Shown here in pieces: positions 1-13,392 of a DNA stretch of 39,213 nt. The notes under the pieces were generated by a model, which was not told the DNA's origin, did no database searches, and was given only the letters and a program-made list of their open reading frames with translations. A program made the position numbers and the translations under genes. The stretch is from Octopus bimaculoides (lineage: Eukaryota), in assembly GCF_001194135.2 (NCBI RefSeq), contig NC_068981.1, forward strand, positions 75,583,606 to 75,622,818, in the 5' to 3' direction. Within the stretch, counting starts at the first letter, position 1, and every line of letters starts with the position of its first letter.

Positions 1-76
1 CAGTATATTACAAAAAAAAACGATGTAACCAATAATATTTGTGTTTTCGATACATTGTGGGTGCACACATATACAT

Positions 77-456
77 TGTTGTTGGCACTCCGTCGCTTAC
101 GACGTCGAGGTTTCCAGTTGATCCGATCACCAGAACAGCCTGCTCGTGAAATTAACGTGCAAGTGGCTGAGCACTCCACAGGCACGTGTACCCTTAACGT
201 AATTCTCAGGGATATTCAGCGTGACAGTGTGACAAGGCTGACCCTTTGAATTACAGGCACAACAGAAACAGGAAGTAAGAGCGAGAGAAAGTTGTGGTGA
301 AAGAGTACAGTAGGGTTCGCCACCATCCGCTGCCGGAGTCTCGTGGAGCTTTAGATGTTTTCGCTCAATAAACACTCACGACGCCCGGTCTGGGAATCGA
401 AACCGCGATCCTATGACTGCGAGTCCGCTTCCCTAACCACTGGGTCATTGCACCTC
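77..456 (-). mobile_element. Full-length tRNA-derived SINE (family A: head H1 + tail T1)
   Basis: Minus strand begins GGAGGTGCAATGACCCAGTGGTTAGGG...GGTTTCGATTCCCAGACCGGGCG (Pol III A and B boxes) and ends GACGGAGTGCCAACAACA. 13-bp direct repeat CACACATATACAT at 64-76 and 457-469 (TSD, low complexity). The 3' ~170 nt match the element at 9205-9509. Confidence 0.9.
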
Positions 457-2244
457 CACACATATACATACATGCACGCATACACACCCATAAACTCATA
501 GATACATTATATTGGAACGTGATATTTAGATCTGACAACTGGCTGTCATTTTCTCTTACACAATGTATAGTTATACATCGTTTAGAATTAGGTCATATCT
601 GATTACTAGGATCATTGACTTCCTAGGAATTATTTTAGTCGTGTTGATGCAAGAATGTATACGTTACATATCCAATGTAACCTTCCCTTAACCCGTTTAA
701 ATTTGGTAGGACGCAGTATAAAGGAGATGGCTTCTTGTAAATCGAGCGTTTACGTAGTGAGTTCACCGTTGACTCGATCTACACGATCTTTCAGCAAATA
801 CTATGGAATGTAGTGCTATTTGTAATATATCTTGTGCAATTATTTGAATTTTAAGTGCAAATTTGCCCGTGGATCACCTGTGTCAGATTTGCTTTCTCCT
901 ACAACATTATTTCCTATTTTAAGGATGAAACAGCGACATACATAACACTGCGGAGTTTCCATTAAAATCCTAGATGGTAGCCTGAATTTACGCTAAGAGA
1001 CTTGAACTTGCCGTTTAGAGCCAACAAATTGCTTGACAATAGAGACTTCTACGTGATATTCTTATTCTTACTATCTAATTGCAAATTGTCGAGATGAGCT
1101 ATCTAAAAGTTAAGAGATTTGGAATGGATCGGATAAAATACACTGCATAAGATAGGATATCATGCACTTGTAAGTTTATCCACTCGCCAAATTTTGGATT
1201 GATCAGCGTCATTTTAATTCATTTAGGAATATTTATGTGTGCATCATGTGAATATTACGTTTTTCTTGTGAACTTTCTATTAGTTACATTCCAGCTGCGT
1301 GTAAAGAAATCAACATCTCACATTAAAAAAAAAAATAAATAAATAAAACCGACAAATATTGAAAAGAAACTGAAGCAAAAGCACAGAAGTCCTTTCTTTG
1401 CCGAACCGAGTACTATTAATAAGTTGCCGACCAAATTTGGTTCAGATGTTTTTATCATTTAGTTAATTGATTGCCTTTTCAGAAGCGGCCCCTTTTGATG
1501 AATGTCAACTTTAAAAATGTACGTAGACGCTACAGCTCTCTATCATTAATTTAGTCACTCAGTATATGCTTTTACCACATTGCAGTCGAAGCTAATTATA
1601 TGTTAAGACCAACCTGGCAGATGCGAAAATTGAAATATCAGCTGAAATTTGAAACTTAAATTGTGAAACAACCATCCCTGACAAATCATCCTACCCTCAT
1701 ATCTATAGGAGCTTAATAGTTACCTACTGATTGTATTCTTATATTTTGTTCACTTTTAGTAGCTGAAGCTACTAACAGGATTTTTCTACACGCCATAACC
1801 CAACTGAAATTTGAACTCCTAATTATATTTTCATTACTTACTAGTCAAAGTTAACACATGAGAGTACCTCCTGACATCGGCTATAAATGACGAGACACTT
1901 CCGGTTTTCACTTCACATTCAGGTTTCATGAATTTCCCATTACTATTTTTCAACCTTAATCGAGCGTGCGTGCGCATACACATTAACTTGTAAACATACA
2001 TTCATGTATGATGGATACGAATTTGTTGTAAGTACGCACTCATCAACACCCACCTATGTATATGTATATATATATATATTATTTGGGTGGCTTTTCCGAG
2101 GAGAAGCTTAGAAATGAAAAGCAATTAGAATTCAAATAGAATTCTTCCAATATCACTTGTGTACTAATTCTGTATTGAAATTTGTTAAAGAATACCAAAC
2201 TAAAAGACTTGTAGGGGAGAACCCGTTGAATTAATCTCAGTATA

Positions 2245-2397
2245 GGCGCAAGCGTGGCTATGTGGTAGAACATGCTTCCCAATCACATGGTCCCGGGTTC
2301 AGTTCCACTGCGTGGCACTTTGGGCAAGTTTCTTCTACTTTTGCCAACCAAAGCCTTGTGAGTGGATTTGGTAGACGGAAACTGAAAGAAGCCCGTC

Positions 2398-2437
<40 letters not shown>

Positions 2438-2656
2438 GTGTTTGTGTCTGTGTTTGTACCCCACCATCGTTTGACAACCGATGTTGGTGTGTTTATGTCC
2501 CCGTAACTTAGCGGTTCGGCAAGAGGACGATAGTATAAGTACTAGGTTTACAAAGAATAAGTCCTGGGATCGATTTGTTCGACTAAAACCCCCTAAGTTG
2601 GTGCTGCAGCATGACCATATTCAAATGACTGACACAAATAAAAGATTAAAAGAATA
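2245..2656 (+). mobile_element. tRNA-derived CORE-like SINE with internal (TA)n (family D), near full length
   Basis: Head GGCGCAAGCGTGGCTATGTGGTAG...GGGTTCAGTTCC; CORE-like TGGCACTTTGGGCAAGTTTCTTCTAC; GACGGAAACTGAAAGAAGCCCGTCG(TA)n; A-rich end AAAAGATTAAAAGAATA. Homologous to copies at 13393, 30058 and 36757. Confidence 0.88.
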
Positions 2657-2749
2657 TAGCTAAAGCTTATTGCCAATGTGTATGTGTGTGTATTTAAAGT
2701 ATGTTTCGTTTTGGCATTCTTTAACAAATTTCAATACAAAGTAAGTAAT

Positions 2750-2945
2750 GATCCTTTCTACTATAGGCATAAGGCGTGAAATTTTGGGGGACGGGACTAG
2801 TCGATTACATTTACCCTGAGGTTTCACTAATATTTATTTAATTTATCGACCCCGAATGGATGAAAGGCAAAGTCGACCTTAGCGGAGTTGGAACTCAGAA
2901 CGTAGCAATGGGCAAAATACCGCTAAGCATTTTGTCCGGTGCCAC
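2750..2945 (-). mobile_element. Meta-domain-like tRNA SINE (family M), 5' end eroded
   Basis: Plus-strand ATTTATCGACCCCGAATGGATGAAAGGCAAAGTCGACC matches the 11101 copy. Possible 10-bp TSD AGTAAGTAAT at 2740-2749 and 2952-2961. Confidence 0.8.
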
Positions 2946-4046
2946 TGACAGAGTAAGTAATAATAGAAAATAACCCTCGATGATCGTGTGATTGTTATTT
3001 CGACATTTGCCATCGCTTAGGTTGGCATTAAACAATTCTTGTATCCACTATTCCGATATATAAATCGATGTATTCATTAATCCGATACATAAGGGAAAAT
3101 TTTTGCACAGTCTCTGCCGGTTTAATGATTGAATATTGAATATGAAATGCAATGAATGTAATGTAAAGTAATGTATGTATGTATGTATGTATGTATGTAT
3201 GTATGTATGTATGTATGTATGCATGTATGCATGTATGTATGTCAGCATATGGCGTATGGATGTATACTTTTCTTTTCTCTTCCCAATTTGAGATTTAGAT
3301 TTAGACTTTATTTATAACAACCAAACAATGCGAATTTTGATAACAAAATTTGACGCACGTATGCAATCTTTTGTGAAAATTTCTATTATGAATGTATGTG
3401 AGTGCGTGTGTGTGTATGTTAGTGTGTTTGTGTGTGTGTATACATGTATGTATAGAGCCACTTTCCAAACTAAAATGATCAGACCTAGTTTTCGATTCTC
3501 ATGCGCAACAATGTAGGTCAATGCTTTCTTCAAATCTGTGAAGTGTATTCAAACCTTTTATTTAAAACTAGCAAACAACGCAAACCGCATACCCATTCGA
3601 TAAATTATATTCCGTAAATTAAATTACTAGCCTCATAACACGTACTGTTTCGATTTCAAGATTATGCTAGGGGAACAAGTGTTAATGGAATACTCAGTGA
3701 GCATGTAGTTCCGTTAATTGAACTACCGGGATAAATATTAGAGAAACCGAAGAAGGATCCGCTTACATTTACTTCTATGTAGTGTACATATGTATGTAGA
3801 TATTAATAGGTACCCGGGATGCATGTTTTAAATACGCATACACATGTATTTACTTATGTATCTATGTATGTATGTGTGTGCGCGCGTGTGTATAAATGTA
3901 AAAATTCGATTCTATGTGAGAATAGAAACGCAGTGTACTGGTATGTTTATACAGACACGCCTACATATGTATGCGTAAACAAATACAAATGCATTTATAT
4001 ACTAACCACACATATATCCCCTCATATACACCTAACACTCCTTCTC

Positions 4047-4300
<254 letters not shown>

Positions 4301-6040
4301 TCTCTCCCCCTCTCTATCTCACTCTCTGTCTATCTCTCGTTGTGTTGTCATACACATGTGACTATGGATTTCTATAAATTTGCGTACAGTATGTGTGTTT
4401 CTTTCCACTCATATTAATATGAATATATTATATTCATATAACATATATGCATATGTAATGCATCATCTACATATGGGTTATATCAAGGATACTTAGTCTA
4501 TATGATTGAAAATATTCTAAAGTTTCCCAGATGTCACATGAAAACCTATCTTAATGTTTATGTCAATAGGTCATTTTCCGTTTTTAATCAAATTTCTTAC
4601 CTAAATGCGTATTGAAAATGTACGTACAGATATATTTATGTATGGCCGACTGGTTAAGAAGTGTTTCCATGAATATAAAGCCACGGGAATATAAAGCTAA
4701 CTGCATGACTTCTTGCGGTATGAGAGCCTCAGATCGAAACTTGCAAGCGAAATTGTACCGAATGAAAAATTCAGGATACCGTTGGATATATTGTGCGAAT
4801 AATTCAATGGAGCAGCTTTGTTATTGTTTTTACGTTGATTATTACTAGTGTCTACGATAAGCTTACACGTACCTTTGATACAGTCTGTGTTATAAAGTAA
4901 AGCACAGAGTAATAAAATCATTTATTTGAACAACTGGAATGGTCACGAAGGAAACTGACAAAGGATACGTTTATTTTTGTTTTATATGTGTACATTTTGA
5001 ACGAAAATATGGCCAATACACACACATATACATATACGTATATGCATGTATATATGTATGTATATGGGACATAAGTTTCTGTAATTCAATGCAATAATGT
5101 TCTCACTGATAATCCACTGCGATCGAACATGTAGGTATACTAGCAACACCTACTGCGAGGTTCCAAACAAGTATACAACTATAATAGTAAAATACAGTTA
5201 TAAACTTAAATATGAATTTGTATAAAACCGTTCATATTTATTATTCATATCTTCTATTCGTTTATAGCGGATAACTCAATCTGTCATTATTTAGATTTTC
5301 CTTTTTTGTGAGGTCATGAGGTCAAGAAGTTTACACCTTAGCGACAAGCTCTGACTGGTGATACAGTGAAATACCAAATTCGAACGAAGAAATAACATTC
5401 ACTGCATGGATTTAGCATTTATTCCATTTGCATATCCACACTCACGCATGGGCGCACATACATACACACAAAATGGAAAAGAAAAGAACTACGATATCCT
5501 TATGTCTCAATGTTGTTGGTTTATATACCTGGGCATCATCAGTTATATATTTCAATGTGAACATTATACACTTAATCCGCATATCATGGCTTGTGCTTAA
5601 TCGTTAACGGAAAATCGGAATGTATTGTTCCGTTTTATTGTTTGCAATACTAAGCAGAAACATTGAACTGAGTTTAGTTTGCAATATTTAACATATGACC
5701 TTCTAGATTGAATGACGTTCTGCTAGCATATGATGAGCTACTTTTGATTCTATTTTGAGGAAACATTGTTTGAAATTTATATAAATTTAATTTTAAAATG
5801 TTTCATTCGACTATATATCTCTATAATTCACATTTTAACGTGTCTGTATATTATCTATTTTTCGTTTTGCAAACACCAGTCCAGTTTTCTCCGAGCCACA
5901 CCGAGTGACAATCGATTAAGTTACTCACTGTATACAATTGGTTTTTAAATTTCAATTTATAAGACTAAGCATCAGATCAATAGCGAACGAAATTTACATC
6001 TGAATATAGAATTGTAATGGATTATAAACATTTCGAGAGG

Positions 6041-6188
6041 GTTTGACTAGTAATTTATTTTATCAATCCTTGAAGGATGAAAGACGAAGTTGCCTTTGGG
6101 GGCATTTGAATTCAGAACGTAAAGTGCCGGAAGAAATGTTTAATAGTATTTCTTCCGACGCTCAACGGTTCCACCAGTTCGCTGTCTT
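6041..6188 (-). mobile_element. Degenerate family M SINE fragment
   Basis: TTTATCAATCCTTGAAGGATGAAAGACGAAGTTG...ATTTGAATTCAGAACGTAAAG aligns with the 11101 copy. Confidence 0.7.
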
Positions 6189-6850
6189 CACAGAGAGTTG
6201 TAATAAAGCACATATTAGCGTTACGTTTCAGATTTAGCATAATACTTGTAATTGATATTTCAGTGGATTAAGCTAGGATTTCTTTCAAAATGTTTATGAG
6301 ATATATATGACAAATATGCAAAGAATACCTAATTGCTATTGTTTTTCTAATGTAAGAAAACTTCAAATCCCACTTTATATTTTAGCGTACAANNNNNNNN
6401 NNNNNNNNNNNNNNNNNNNNNNNNNNNNNNNNNNNNNNNNNNNNNNNNNNNNNNNNNNNNNNNNNNNNNNNNNNNNNNNNNNNNNNNNNNNNNNNNNNNN
6501 NNNNNNNNNNNNNNNNNNNNNNNNNNNNNNNNNNNNNNNNNNNNNNNNNNNNNNNNNNNNNNNNNNNNNNNNNNNNNNNNNNNNNNNNNNNNNNNNNNNN
6601 NNNNNNNNNNNNNNNNNNNNNNNNNNNNNNNNNNNNNNNNNNNNNNNNNNNNNNNAAGCAAGTTATTTACCACACAGCCACTCCTGATTGTAAATAAAAA
6701 TATATGATTAATAATTACATTAAAACGAAATAGAATATTACTGAAAATTATTTTCAAATATTTTCGTAGGAAATTTCTAAAACAATGTAAAATTTCAAAT
6801 TACCAAAGGTATACTTATTTGAACTGTAGAAAAATGTACCAGAATGCACC

Positions 6851-6888
<38 letters not shown>

Positions 6889-6909
6889 GACGCACACAAA
6901 TTATTAGTT

Positions 6910-7599
6910 TCATAGTATGTCTTCATCCTCAGAACTCCCACTTAAGGAATTTACGTAACGCAGTCTGGGAATGTTCTCACCGTCTCTATAGAAGTACATG
7001 TTTAGTGTGTCCTTGGTCAGCTTATCGAAATCATCTAAATTTATTAAAACGGAAGCTGTTGTGTTTTAGAACAATTTTCATTTGGCATCTGGCACAACTC
7101 CATCTGTATTAGCAAATTTCAAATACGTCCCTAAAATATATTTTTAATCCAGGCCATTATCTTCCTGTGAAGTTTGCCATTACTTAGGTTGGCATCGAGA
7201 AAATCCGGGAGTTCATTACTCGAATACATACTGGTACTTTATCGTAAATACTGCACCTTCTTTAAGTTATTCCCAATATATACCTACATAATTTCTAGGT
7301 ATATATTTTCTGCCATTGTGTATGGTAGATGACTTATATCACATTTTTACACGGTACTTTTCCTGGTTCAAATGGCATGTTTTATTAAAAATGTTATCAA
7401 AATATGTGTCAGTAAAATTCATGAAATTGTTGTCAGCTAATGAATTATCCTTTTAATTGTTAATATTACTGTTTATCATAAAGAAATTTTATAAATGTGC
7501 ATATTTGATTGACCCCTGTGTTGTTCATCTATTTGTGTTATCGGGATAGAAGAATCATGTTATGGACTTGTGAATGAACAAAGCCTATCATGGCAGGAT
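6910..7599 (-). pseudogene. Possible decayed coding exon, product unknown
   Basis: Acceptor TTATGTTTCTCATTTCAG then non-repetitive, protein-like frames (e.g. NELPDFLDANLSNGKLHRKIMAWIKNIF; final stop-free run NTTASVLINLDDFDKLTKDTLNMYFYRDGENIPRLRYVNSLSGSSEDEDIL*) interrupted by stops and frameshifts. No family recognised. Confidence 0.3.
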
Positions 7600-8765
7600 C
7601 TGAAATGAGAAACATAATTAAGTAATGTAATGCAATGTATTTATTTGAATTGAAAACCATAACCGGACATAACCAAGATATTTAATTCAGCGCTCTACTG
7701 ACTCTGATCTCCAAATAATATCAAAGTGTCAAGAATTTCGTCAGTACGAAGCAAATCATGTCGTTAAAAGAAAAAAATAAAGAGCAAAACGTTGTGGTGT
7801 GAAGGTTCAGTTTTTAGTATGGATACACAAATAGAATCCGAGAATTTAGAATGAACAATGTAGCAATATCTAACATTAAACTACTACTGTTACTACTGTC
7901 TATACATACAAAAACTAGTATCTCTTGTAGCCAAGATAAATCAATTATTCTTTACAACATATCACTATTATTCACTCGGCATTTTTGATAAATTTATTCA
8001 AAATTGCAAACGTTCTGTGGCACAAAAACATACACAGTTGCCTGCTTCAACACATGCCAACGCAACAACTGGAGCCAGTAGAGTGTCGGCCTAGCAGCGA
8101 AAAGGCCAGCAGTTCATAATCTGTGGCCAGCGTTGCGTTGCATCCATGTGCAAGACACCTCTTATTCATTAATGACCCAAGCTACCTTGCTGAATATAAT
8201 TACATTACTTAGATATGTTTTACTGCAGTAAAGAACAATATGGTTATATAGTTGACGAACGGTCCTGAGTTCAAAATCTTCTAACAGGAGTTACATGTTA
8301 CAATTTGTTGAGTTTACATAAATCATAACACTGAAGTAGATGTCCTTTTTTTATTAGCATTTTTTTTTTCATAGTAGTGTATTTAAGAACAGCAAAGCAT
8401 TTAGTCATACATCACAAATATTGTTTCGCTTGAGTATTTCCTTCTTTCTTTCTTTCTTTCGTGTCAAAAAATATTGTAGATAACAGAAATTAAAAAAATC
8501 TAAAAATAACAAGACATATCTTGGAAAATAAGTAATTTAAGGAATTTCGCAAAATTTTAATTTGTTTTTAACGAAGATTTACTTGCGCTGGCAAGTGTTT
8601 TGAATGAGACAGTAAGTTAAAACTAAAACGATTGCAGTGTGGAAGGCATATGTTAGCTTTTCAAAAAACACGAGAACTGTTAAATTTTCTTTAAAATTTT
8701 AGTCGCTCGAAACGTAGTTACGGACAATGATGTTGCATAAGCTTTAACATTTTTATATAATATTT

Positions 8766-8820
8766 ATGTTCTATTGCAAGTGGTATTTTCTATTGCAAGT
8801 GGTATGTTCTATTGCAAGTG
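8766..8820. repeat. 19-bp tandem repeat, about 2.9 copies
   Basis: ATGTTCTATTGCAAGTGGT / ATTTTCTATTGCAAGTGGT / ATGTTCTATTGCAAGTG. Confidence 0.9.
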
Positions 8821-9204
8821 CTTTAGTGAACAGGTTTTGTGTTTTTGTCTCAAGTTCGGTAGTTTCGTTTATGCCATGATACCTTTTAGTAAATATCTCG
8901 GTGACAACGTCCCATTTCCAATTACCAAACATTTGAATTTCTTCAAAATTCCAACAGAATTTCCTTCAAATTCTTAAAAATAAGAAATGGGCTATATATC
9001 TCGGAGATAACCTCTGAAATATAGGAATAATCAGTTAAGAAAATACTAAATAATAAAACAAAGAAATGTTTCTGTACATTCAAAACATCCTAGATTCTTT
9101 TGTTCAGTGGGCGATACTTGTTTTAATTCCCTCTTGGTCGTCACATGTCCAGAATCGCTCATTTTATTTACATGCATACGAACATGTGTTATGCATTTGT
9201 ATTG

Positions 9205-9509
9205 TGTGAGAATAGGGTATTCGCCTCACCATCGTAAGGTTCTGAGTTCGAAAAGCAGTGGCGCATTGTGTGCTTGAGGGAGACATTTAATTTCACTTTG
9301 CAGCAGGGAAATCAGCGGACAAAAACGAGTAGTACCTGTATTTCAAAGGGCCAGTCTTATCACATTCGATGTCACGCTGAACCTCCCTGAGAACTACGTT
9401 AAGGGCATGTTTGTGAAGTACTCAGCCACTTGCATGCTAATTTCAAGAGCAGGTTGTTCCGTTGATCGGATCAGCGGGAACTCTTGTCGTCGTAACCGAC
9501 GGAGTGCCA
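9205..9509 (+). mobile_element. tRNA-derived SINE (family B: CORE-like body + tail T1)
   Basis: Eroded head with B-box-like GAGTTCGAA, CORE-like TTGTGTGCTTGAGGGAGACATTT, and 3' region TTTCAAAGGGCCAG...GAGAACTACGTTAAGGG...GTTCCGTTGATCGGATC...GACGGAGTGCCA shared with the 77-456 element. Confidence 0.8.
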
Positions 9510-9925
9510 GTTTGTGCGAGAAAGAAACAAGGGAAGTATTTGTTGTACAGAATGTGCGCCCCTCGTTCGATTCCCGGTAGGAATCGTTTCAACATGACGC
9601 TCAATTTTTCTCTTTCTTGTCCCCTACACTTTGACATTCTCCTGATTAATAAGTAAAAGAACTATCTACGCTCATCACTATTTATCTTTTTTCCCTCTCT
9701 CTCTTTTAAATATTGTTGCATAGTTCAGTAAAACGAAAGAGATGTGTCTCCGTTCGAACTTTAATGGAAGGTATGTATGAAGGTAATGCCATGATGAACG
9801 TGGAGAATATAAAATTCTCAAAATAGCCATCTATACAAAAGTTGTCTTAATAGCAACAAATATAAATGAATTAACGAAGACTGAATGTTTTTTTTCCGGT
9901 CGCATGAAGGTTTATATATAAATAA

Positions 9926-10105
9926 TCTATTCTACAATAATCACAAGGCCTGATATTTTGAAGGAGTGGGCTTGTCGATTGCATAAACCCCAGTGTTCAA
10001 CTGGTACATAATTTATCAACCGGGAAAGAGGATGGAATTTGAACTTAGAATGTAAAGCCGAATAAATATTATGTCCGACGTGTTAACACTGTTGCCAGCT
10101 TCCCG

Positions 10106-10107
<2 letters not shown>
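9926..10107 (-). mobile_element. Degenerate family M SINE with internal deletion
   Basis: CACAAGGCC...GTCGATTGCATAAACCCCAGTGTTCAACTGGTAC...GGAATTTGAACTTAGAATGTAAAG...TGCCAGCTTCCCGCC colinear with the 11101 copy. Confidence 0.75.
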
Positions 10108-10143
<36 letters not shown>

Positions 10144-11100
10144 ACACACACATATATCGTTGCTATTATGTTAAATTGTCGTATGTCCAAATTGCATTTT
10201 TTTTTTGCAAGTATTGCTTGCAATAGCCAGTTCTTTTGGTCAAACTATCGTATCTTCATCTGGTTCAGATGCCAAGATATAAAAATTTGCCACAGTGTAG
10301 TACAACGGCGTTGCTATGGAATGGTGAAAAACAACGTTTTTGGACTAACGACACTTTTGCATAATAGCAACGATATATATATATATAGCTAGGTAGATTG
10401 ATAGAAATATATACAGTAAGAATGATTTCATCTATGTGTATTCTCTGTTAGGGTTATAATACTCATGCGATATTTTGATATCATCATTAATATTTGTGAT
10501 TACGACTAAGATGAGAATACCTTCAAGGAACGGTAGTATAATGTGAATATGGTGATGTCATAAATTCGGAAGTCGAAAACACTTCAAACAATTACGAGAA
10601 TTTACTGTTCTTGTAACAAATTACACATCACCTGAGGTAGTTCCTTCTCAGCCATATTGTTGATATTCATGTATATTCATAAGCATCCACACTACAATCC
10701 ATTATTACCTATATATATATACATATGTGTATGTGCGTGCGTGTGTGTGTATGGAGATGGAGAGCGAAAGAGAGAGAGAAAGAACGAGTGAGAAGTTGAT
10801 TACGCCTCGTCTAGTCAAGTAAGTGTGCAAATTGACTAATTAGGTCTAATTAGACCGAAAGATATCCATTGTATTCATCTTTTTGCTTTCAAGTCTAGAT
10901 TCACTCCTGTTTGCTTTGTCCATATTGAGCCAATATTTCGATCAACTGATCATATTTGAGTTTTCGTTCTAGATTTTAAGTATCGGCTTAAAACGAAGTT
11001 TTGTTTACTAATATTCTCAGTTGATCGTAGTTTCTCAGTACACTACCACAATATTTTCATTAATATACTTTTGGATATGTCATAAATACTTACTTAATAG

Positions 11101-11314
11101 TCTTTCCTACTCTAGGTACAAGGCCCGAAATTTTTGGGGAGGAGCCAGTCGATTAGATCGACCCCAGTACGCAACTGGTACTTAATTTATCGACCCCGAA
11201 AGAATGAAAGGCAAAGTCGACCTCGGCGGAATTTGAACTCAGAGCATAAAGACAGACGAAATACTGTTAAACATTTCGCCCAGCGTGCTAACGTTTCTGC
11301 CAGCTCTCCGCCTT
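11101..11314 (-). mobile_element. Meta-domain-like tRNA SINE (family M), best-preserved copy
   Basis: Minus strand AGGCGGAGAGCTGGCAGAAACGTTAGCACG...GAGTTCAAATTCC (B box) then GCCGAGGTCGACTTTGCCTTTCATTCTTTCGGGGTCGATAAATTAAGTACC, which resembles the MetaSINE central domain as I recall it (not database-checked). Confidence 0.85.
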
Positions 11315-12581
11315 CTACTTAACACATATTGGTTTCTAGTATAATTGATTTATGATAGAATCGGAACTTACTTCATTAAAAAATTATCACACAATGTTGA
11401 TAAAATATAAAAGTGGTGATCAATTACTAAAGATCTGAGTATTTAGCATCAATGTATTCCTCATTAATGTTTCCTGGACGCTATGCTTTCGTTTAACCCT
11501 GTGTAATTCACAATTGAGATTATGTATAAGTAGAGATATTCTAGAGATGAACACCCATAGTTGTTTAGACATAATATATCTTAGAGTATACTATTAAATA
11601 GTAGGATGTTTATTATATCAGAAAATTATATTGTACGTTGTTATTGGAACAATATGTAGTTGTTATTTCTAGCAGGTCGAGTGACCGGTCATAGAATCCT
11701 GATGGCTTGTGTACATATGGTGTCGTTTAGAGAAATTAGTTCGGCTAAGTAGAGAAATATTCAACAACTTACTTGAAGAGTGACTTGCCTAATAACAAAT
11801 TCAAAGTATTTTCTTTCGTTTAATCCTTTCAGACTTAGAGACGTGAGAGTCATTCATCTGAGTTAATTTGTATTATCCGGTTGTAGCGTTGTTTTTTCAC
11901 TTGGGTTAATGCATTTCGTTGAAGTTTCACCACGAATGGTCATGGAAAATGAATTAGTACCATATGTAAAGCGAATAACATTTATGGCCACAGCTCTTGA
12001 AGATAATTTAATCTCTAATTGCTGGATATATTACTTTCACCTTATGACCTGAGAACCTTCCAGTGAAATTACTTGATTAAATGAGTCCAACTTTTAAGAT
12101 TGGAAGTTCCTGCAAGCCACTATGTTTCGGCTAGTACTGATGGACTCCTCTCGAATCAATATCTATCAACGATGGTGTATCCCAATGTTATGTTTATGTC
12201 TTTAAAGCTCTTCAGGTTATACATTAACGAAATACCTAGTGTCAATTCTAACGCATACACGTATAGCGGATTCTGATGTTCTTTTTTTTTTTCTTCATTG
12301 TTTTCGTAGTTGTATAGAGGTTTACTTTGGTAAACACATCTGTATAAAATAACAGAATGCGATATTCTGGACTTTCACTACTTCTCTAGTCCAAATTTTC
12401 CCCTAAGATACATTGAATTTTGACTATTCAGACTGGATATCAAGGGAATACATCTTCCCTATGGCTTGAAATGGTTACTGAGATTTTCATTACTTCATTT
12501 TCTTTTCATCTATAAATACAACATAATATATTCTAGATCTATAATGCAAATATCTCCAGTATATGTTGGCATTAAAATATT

Positions 12582-12793
12582 GGTTTCAAATTTTGGCACA
12601 AGGCCAGCAAGTTTGAGGAGAAGGGCTGACTCGATAACATCGATGACAGTGATCAATCGGTACTTATTTTATCGATCCTGCAAGGGATGAAAGGGGGAGT
12701 CAACCTCGGCGGAATTTGAGAGCAGAACGTATGAAATCCCGCTAAGCATTTTGCCTGGCGTGCTAACGATTGTGCCAAATCGCCGCCTTAATC
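12582..12793 (-). mobile_element. Family M SINE with perfect 17-bp TSD
   Basis: GTTGGCATTAAAATATT at 12565-12581 and 12794-12810; body colinear with the 11101 copy. Confidence 0.9.
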
Positions 12794-12884
12794 GTTGGCA
12801 TTAAAATATTAATGAATATTATCCAATACAAATATGATAATAAAAAGAGAATAAAAGCTTTGAAGTTACGAAGCACGTGTGAAT

Positions 12885-13077
12885 TTAGTGGCAACCCTGT
12901 GAGTGAAAAGTGATTGATCTCTTGCTATTTTGCTTGGTAAACTTAATCCGTTTCAGATTAACACCACTGCCATTTAGCCCTTGGGTATTTTTAGCAGAAG
13001 GCACTCCGATATTAGCATTCAGGCTACGTTCCCGGTCAAACGTTAATGTAATTCCTTCCTCTAACATTCTTGAAGAT
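12885..13077 (-). CDS. Candidate terminal coding exon (phase 2 start), product unknown
   Basis: Acceptor TATTTTTCCAG with an in-frame stop just upstream, then 63 sense codons and a stop (SSRMLEEGITLTFDRERSLNANIGVPSAKNTQGLNGSGVNLKRIKFTKQNSKRSITFHSQGCH*). GC-richer than its flanks and non-repetitive. Confidence 0.4.
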
Positions 13078-13392
13078 CTGGAAAAATATTATGAGCCAGC
13101 TGTTTTCACTGACGATATCACGTAAAAGTTCATATTTAATATATTACACACACACACACACACACACAACTAAAATATAATACACCATATTAGCTAATAC
13201 TATAATATTTAGGGCCATTACATGCGTGAAAGATTGTATACAAATTCTTATACATATGATATTATCAAAAGACATAATATTCTAAAGAACGTAAATTCCA
13301 AATATTTCAGTTTTTAAGAAATGCACGTAATCAATCTTCCTAAGTACACACACTATATAAGTGACCGTAATTACCTCCCTTGTCTTTCACCC

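Noticed and set aside
390-458. tRNA-like sequences (also at 2245, 11240-11314, 14035)
   Set aside because: A/B boxes present but no complete cloverleaf; they are SINE heads continuing into SINE bodies.
8085-8165. Possible SINE remnant (also 4640-4665, 34560-34640)
   Set aside because: Too short and eroded to assign boundaries reliably.
8766-8820. CRISPR-like or regulatory array (also 32533-32578, 4047-4300)
   Set aside because: Head-to-tail repeats without unique spacers, in eukaryotic DNA.
11494-11910. piggyBac-type MITE bounded by TTAACCC...GGGTTAA
   Set aside because: Inverted match is only about 7 bp and does not extend.
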